Assembly: GCA_963780225.1 (NCBI GenBank)
Contig: CAWAAX010000025.1
Location: forward strand, 13,620-77,619
Reading direction: 5' to 3'
DNA: 64,000 nt
Source: an uncultured bacterium
GTDB taxonomy: Bacteria; Edwardsbacteria; AC1; EtOH8
A program made the position numbers and the translations under genes. Shown here piece by piece: positions 60,998 to 64,000 of this stretch (within the stretch, counting starts at the first letter, position 1; each line of letters starts with the position of its first letter). The notes under the pieces were generated by a model that was not told the origin of the DNA, did not search any database, and saw only the letters and a program-made list of their open reading frames with translations.

Positions 60998-62871
60998 TGA
61001 ACCTGGACCGAGAAAAACGCTGGGGGCTGGCATTGACAGATGTTCTGCTGCTGAACCTGGCCCTGGGGGGGGCTTTTGCCCTGCGCTTTGAAGGGAACAT
61101 TCCGATCGTCTTCACCTCCAACTTTCTGTACATCGCCCTCTTTATTACCCTGGTCAGGGTGGCCTCCTTTTGGCATCTGGGGGTCTACAAGGGAGTGTGG
61201 CGCTACGTGGGGATGAGCGACCTGGTGACCATCCTTAAGGCCATCTCCCTGGGCTCGATCATCATTCTGGCCGCCACCTGGACCGTGGTGCCCGGCCTGG
61301 GCTATCCCCGCAGCGTGATCATCATCGAATGGCTGGGCGACGTGATGCTGATAGGCGGGATCAGGATGGCCTTCAGGCTGTGGTCCCAGGGCCGGCATAA
61401 AGCCTCCTTAAAAGACAAGGCCTGCAGCCGGGTGCTGATAGTGGGGGCCGGGGACGCCGGCGAGATGGTGGCCCGCCAGATGCTGGCCCATCCGGAATAC
61501 GGCTACCAGCCGGTGGTCTTTGCGGACGACGACCCCCAAAAGCAGGGCAAAAAGATCCACGGCATAACCATCGGCGGAGGCCGGAAGGACATCTTAAAAC
61601 TGGTGGAGCAGAAGGGGGCCGATACCATAGTGATAGCCATTCCCTCGGCCCCGGGGCCGGTGGTCAAGGCAGTGGTGGAGCAGTGCCAGCAGGCCCAGGC
61701 TAAAGTTCAAGATAGTCCCCGACATCAAGGAGATCATCTCGGGCGAGGTCAGCATCAACCAGATCCGGGACATAGAGCTGGAGGACCTGTTACGGCGGCC
61801 GGCCATCAACGTCAACCTGGAGGAGATAGCCGGATACTTAAGCGGCAAGACCATTTTGGTAAGCGGGGCCGGAGGCTCCATCGGATCGGAGCTCTGCCGC
61901 CAGATAGCCACCTTTAATCCGGGAAAAATTGCCGCCAGATAGCCACCTTTAATCCGGGAAAACTCCTTTTAGCCGGCAAGGGCGAGAACAGCCTGTACCA
62001 CATCGCCGGGGAGCTGGCTTTGAAATCCAAAGCTCTGAAACTGGAGACCCTGATCTGCGACGTGGCCGACGCTTCAAGGGTGGAGGCCGTCTTCAAAAAA
62101 TACAAACCCCAGGTGGTGTTCCACGCCGCGGCCCACAAGCACGTTCCGATGATGGAGCAGAACCCGGGCGAGGCGGTCAAGAACAACATCTTTGGCACCA
62201 AGACCCTGGCCGAGGCGGCCTTAAAGCACGGGGCCGAACGGTTTGTGCTGATCTCCACCGACAAGGCGGTGAACCCCACCAGCGTGATGGGGGCCACCAA
62301 GCGGATCTCGGAGAAGGTGGTGATGAGCCTGAACGGGAAAAAGAAGACCAAATTTTTGGCGGTGCGGTTCGGCAACGTGCTGGGCTCCAGCGGCAGCGTG
62401 GTGCCGCTGTTCAAAAAACAGATCGCGGCCGGGGGGCCCATCACCGTTACCCATCCCGACATGGAGCGCTACTTTATGACCATCCCCGAGGCGGTGCAGT
62501 TGGTGATCCAGGCCGGGGCCATGGGCCGGGGCGGCGAGGTGTTTGTGCTGGACATGGGACAGCCGGTGAAGATAGTGGACCTGGCCAGGGACATGATCAA
62601 ACTCTCGGGGCTTACGCCGGACACCGACATCAAAATAGAGTTCACCGGCCTGCGCAAGGGGGAAAAGCTGTATGAGGAGCTGCTGACCGCCGAGGAGGGG
62701 ACCACCGCCACCAAGCACGCCCAGATCTTCATGGTTAAAGGCCGGCACGCCAGGATCAAGGAACTGCCCAGGCTGCTGCCCCGGCTGTACCAGGCGGCGC
62801 TGACCGGGGACGAGGCCAAGGTGGTGGCGGCGATACAGAAGGTGATACCGGGTTTCCGCAAGGAGACCTGA
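60997..62871 (+). pseudogene. CapD/PglF/WbpM-type UDP-GlcNAc 4,6-dehydratase, interrupted by a +1 C (~61695) and a 35-bp duplication (61895-61962)
   Basis: VLIVGAGDAG; shifted frame reads KFKIVPDI..IELEDLLRR..ILVSGAGGSIGSELCRQ; then HAAAHKHVP, ISTDKAVNP, VRFGNVLGS, GEKLYEEL. May be assembly error. Confidence 0.85.
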
Positions 62872-62897
62872 GTACCAATAGGGCCGGGCTTTTCCTG

Positions 62898-63103
62898 CCA
62901 CCAAGACACAAAGACACCAATGGAATTCCGATCTCCCCCTCACACGGAGCCACGGAGAACGCAAAGGCATGATCTTGGAATCTTTGCGGCTTAGTGTGAT
63001 GTAAAAAAGCCCCACCATTCGGATCCCCCTCACACGGAGCCACGGAGAACGCAAAGGCATGATCTTGGAATCTTTGCGGCTTAGTGTGATGTAAAGCCCC
63101 ACC
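62898..63103. repeat. Octamer tract plus two tandem 90-bp hairpin units
   Basis: CACACGGAGCCACGGAGAACGCAAAGG..TCTTTGCGGCTTAGTGTGATGTAAA at 62941 and 63031. Confidence 0.9.
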
Positions 63104-63146
63104 TTGATGATAGATTAATAAACAAATCAAACAAATACAGAGCAAA

Positions 63147-64000
63147 ATGACATCAGACGAAAGATACCTGAAACGCCCCAGGCGGCAGGCCATGCTGCCC
63201 TTCTGCCCACCGGACATTGGTCAGGAGGAGATTAACGAAGTAGTTGATTCGCTGCGCACCGGCTGGATCACCACCGGCCCCAAGGTTAAAAAGTTTGAGG
63301 ACCAGCTGGCCGCCTACACCGGGGCCGGGCACGCCCTGGCATTGAACTCGGCCACGGCCGGGCTGTTCCTGTGCTTAAAGGCGCTTAAGATCGGGCCGGG
63401 GGACGAGGTGATAACCACTCCCTACACCTTTGCCTCCTCGGTCAACGTCATCCTGCATTGCGGGGCCCGGCCGGTGCTGGTCGATGTCAGAAGGGAAGAC
63501 TTTAACATAGACCCGGAGCTGATAGAGAAGGCCATCACCCCCAAAACCAAGGCCGTCATCCCGGTGCACTACGCCGGCCGCAGCTGCGACATGGACCGCA
63601 TAGGGGCTTTGGCCAAAAAGCACAACCTGGCGGTGATCGAGGACGCGGCCCACGCCATCGGCACCGAGTATAAGGGAAAGAAAATAGGCTGCATCAGCCG
63701 TTTCACGGTCTTCAGTTTCCACGCGGTCAAGAACGTTACCACCGGGGAGGGCGGGGCCATTACCACCGGCGACGCCGGGATGGCGGAGCAGCTGAGGGCC
63801 ATGTCGCTCCACGGCATGAACAAGGACGCCTGGAAGCGCTACGCTCCGGGGGCCAAGGTGCAGTACGACATCGTCTATCCCGGATACAAGTACAACATGA
63901 TGGACCTGCAGGCGGCTTTGGGGATTCACCAACTGCGCAAGGTGGAGCAGACCCTGGAAAAGAGAAAGGCCATAGCGGCCCGCTACCGGGCCGGCCTGGC
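63147..64000 (+). CDS. DegT/DnrJ/EryC1/StrS aminotransferase, 3'-partial (not in the ORF track)
   Basis: My translation: GWITTGPKV..FE, NSATAGL, PVHYAG, EDAAHA, FSFHAVKNVTTGEGG, GYKYNM.DLQAA. Confidence 0.94.
   Translation, partial: MTSDERYLKRPRRQAMLPFCPPDIGQEEINEVVDSLRTGWITTGPKVKKFEDQLAAYTGAGHALALNSATAGLFLCLKALKIGPGDEVITTPYTFASSVNVILHCGARPVLVDVRREDFNIDPELIEKAITPKTKAVIPVHYAGRSCDMDRIGALAKKHNLAVIEDAAHAIGTEYKGKKIGCISRFTVFSFHAVKNVTTGEGGAITTGDAGMAEQLRAMSLHGMNKDAWKRYAPGAKVQYDIVYPGYKYNMMDLQAALGIHQLRKVEQTLEKRKAIAARYRAGL

Noticed and set aside
62221-63102. Minus-strand ORF with a repeated peptide YITLSRKDSKIMPLRSPWLRVRG
   Set aside because: Artefact of the 90-bp tandem repeat joined to the antisense frame of the dehydratase gene.
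62925-63103. Possible CRISPR array
   Set aside because: Only two units, identical throughout with no unique spacers, and no cas genes.

Overview
GC-rich bacterial chromosomal window from a diderm (LPS genes waaA and rfaE1; secreted proteins with T9SS/FlgD-Ig-type C-terminal domains; alpha2-type GlyRS). An FCB-adjacent candidate lineage is my inference and cannot be proven from the sequence. Content: a ~2000-aa secreted protein split by one extra G; housekeeping genes (glyQS, rsmI, tmk, ctpA, pit, iscS, tag, folC, greA, purE, purC, recO, ybeY, phoH, thrS); an ino1 + PIP-synthase-like pair; one IS256-like element with TIRs; and a Wzx/Wzy glycan locus running off the right end. No rRNA, tRNA or CRISPR array was seen. 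Two signals stand out. (1) Several families of short non-coding repeats (REP-like palindromes, 7- and 8-nt periodic tracts, a ~250-bp nested-hairpin element) are nested inside each other and have also entered, or apparently overwritten, codons of essential genes (thrS twice, waaA) in frame, with no obvious mobilising enzyme in the window. (2) The Bacteroidota-type O-glycosylation sequon D-(S/T)-(A/I/L/V/M/T) is strongly enriched in the secreted proteins. Also noted: a ~90-aa insertion in GlyRS, a probable ATC start for tag, a frameshift-dependent transposase N-terminus and a 44-aa very basic protein missed by the ORF track. All counts and alignments were done by eye.
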